A stretch of 7,860 nt of DNA from IMG/VR virus record IMGVR_UViG_3300029219_000192. The stretch is one strand, 5' to 3'. The position numbers and the translations under genes were made by a program. The stretch comes from a virus. Lineage: Duplodnaviria > Heunggongvirae > Uroviricota > Caudoviricetes. The notes beneath the pieces were generated by a model that saw only the letters and a list, made by a program, of their open reading frames with translations, made no database searches and was not told the origin of the DNA. Of the stretch, positions 6,913 through 7,860 are shown piece by piece (the stretch's first letter is position 1; each line of letters begins with the position of its first letter).

Positions 6913-7052
6913 TTGCTGGTTGTCGATTCCTCAATCACTCCTGTTGATGGCTCTCTTCTTGTATGTGCCATTGAAGGGGAATATCGCGTAAAAAGATACC
7001 GGAAGTATCCGCGCCGCCATGATTGTCTTTCTCCTGATGCAGGAAAAGCAGA
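6913..7052 (+). pseudogene. S24 peptidase (LexA/UmuD/cI-type) C-terminal-domain remnant
   Basis: LVVDSSITPVDGSLLVCAIEGEYRVKRY resembles the conserved core of the S24 autoproteolytic domain (compare UmuD LLIVDSAIT...VIAAVDGEFTVKKL). There is a stop codon 6 nt upstream of 6913, no catalytic-Ser region, and the downstream translation is not protein-like. The homologous core is roughly 6913-7000. Confidence 0.4.
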
Positions 7053-7391
7053 ATGGCTAAATCAGCAACAGAGCACAAAGCCGATCAGAGAGCCAAGCAA
7101 GCATCATCCGGTATGCGTAAGCTGGAGCTTGTACTTGATGCTCAGGAAATTGAAATGCTGGAGCGTAACTGTGCCACGCGTCGCTTCAGGCGTGCGCCTT
7201 GCGAGTTTGGTGAGTACATCGCGTTACTGAGCCGCCAGGATGATGCACGTGTGCGCTGGCGTATAAAATCGATCAGCAGAAAACGGTGCGGTAAGTGCGG
7301 CGAGAGAGTTCCTGTTAATTCATGCCCGTGTAATGGTGACTCACAATGCTGGGTGACCAAAGGCTGGCACGAAACAAAATTAATGATATAA
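7053..7391 (+). CDS. Hypothetical protein with C-terminal Cys cluster (putative zinc ribbon)
   Basis: 112-aa ATG ORF with an AGGA RBS. C-terminal C-x2-C-x8-C-x-C-x5-C (RCGKCGERVPVNSCPCNGDSQCW). No family recognised. Confidence 0.6.
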   Translation: MAKSATEHKADQRAKQASSGMRKLELVLDAQEIEMLERNCATRRFRRAPCEFGEYIALLSRQDDARVRWRIKSISRKRCGKCGERVPVNSCPCNGDSQCWVTKGWHETKLMI

Positions 7392-7397
7392 ATCTCT

Positions 7398-7409
7398 GTG
7401 ACATGTCAC
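7398..7409. promoter_or_regulatory. Perfect 12-bp palindrome GTGACATGTCAC between the two module genes (candidate protein-binding site)
   Basis: Exact dyad symmetry at 7398-7409, in the 28-bp gap immediately upstream of the RBS (GGAGG) of the 7420 gene. Confidence 0.3.
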
Positions 7410-7419
7410 GGAGGCGGCA

Positions 7420-7782
7420 ATGAAATTAGACCAGCAATATCTAAAAGATCTACTTATCGCATTCGAAAAAACTCGTGGCCCTGACACGATGCTTAGTGAA
7501 CTAGAGGATAATGGCTTTAATAGATATGACCAAGATTTTATTTTCCATATGCGATTATTATGTGACTACGAATTAATAGTCAGGGTTGATGGAAAACCTG
7601 GGTTCGGTCATATATTGTCCAAAGCGTTAGGGGAAGGTGTTGGATATAGTTGGATCGAAGTACCACTGAGGTTGACAGCAAGAGGGCATGATTTTATTGC
7701 TGACTTACGTCAAAAGGATGTCTGGCAAGCTATAAAAACAAACTTTAAGGATGAGGGAATTAGGGCACTGTTGCAAAGTTAG
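7420..7782 (+). CDS. Hypothetical protein (120 aa), AT-rich; its last 6 codons lie inside the right inverted repeat
   Basis: ATG ORF with a GGAGG RBS 7 nt upstream. Protein-like composition, no recognised motif. Visibly AT-rich. It ends ...EGIRALLQS* with the stop at 7780-7782. Confidence 0.65.
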   Translation: MKLDQQYLKDLLIAFEKTRGPDTMLSELEDNGFNRYDQDFIFHMRLLCDYELIVRVDGKPGFGHILSKALGEGVGYSWIEVPLRLTARGHDFIADLRQKDVWQAIKTNFKDEGIRALLQS

Positions 7783-7838
7783 CGATGAGGCAGCCTTTTG
7801 TCTTATTCAAAGGCCTTACATTTCAAAAACTCTGCTTA
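7762..7838. repeat. Right copy of the perfect 77-bp inverted repeat
   Basis: Exact reverse complement of 1-77. Covers the last 6 codons and stop of the 7420-7782 ORF plus 56 bp downstream. Confidence 0.95.
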
Positions 7839-7860
7839 CCAGGCGCATTTCGCCCAGGGG

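Noticed and set aside
7142-7360. 72-aa minus-strand ORF
   Set aside because: It is antisense within the 112-aa Cys-cluster gene.
7815-7844. Weak gix/pix-like resemblance inside the inverted repeat (also present at 1-20 on the other strand)
   Set aside because: Only about 13-16 of 24 half-site positions match depending on alignment, which is not convincing as a second crossover site.
1-7860. CRISPR arrays, tRNA, rRNA or IS elements with terminal inverted repeats and a transposase
   Set aside because: No short direct-repeat and spacer periodicity, no cloverleaf-like tRNA candidates, and no transposase-like ORF were seen; the only long repeat is the 77-bp inverted pair, which carries phage gene sequence.

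Overview
Mosaic, decayed lambdoid-prophage DNA of the Rac/Qin/e14 type (enterobacterial, E. coli-like); all calls rest on reading the sequence and on protein families recalled from memory, with no database search. Left to right: a truncated pin invertase fragment (minus strand), a pix/gix-like crossover site, and a promoterless side-tail-fibre variable cassette with tfa (plus strand). Then, on the minus strand, a ParB-like gene, an AT-rich trkG potassium-transporter cargo gene, Rz/Rz1 spanins and a 3' endolysin remnant. Then a plus-strand early-region block: three small overlapping genes, a TraR-like zinc-finger gene, an Ea22-like ORF closed by an in-frame TGA, an AT-rich secreted-protein gene with its own terminator, an S24-peptidase remnant, and a two-gene module of unknown function. 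The whole segment is bracketed by a perfect 77-bp inverted repeat (1-77 vs 7762-7838), and the left copy sits exactly where the pin homology stops. I see no complete, recognisable novel system; the best candidates for something undescribed are the secreted-protein gene (6145-6759) and the two-gene module (7053-7782). No rRNA, tRNA or CRISPR array was seen.
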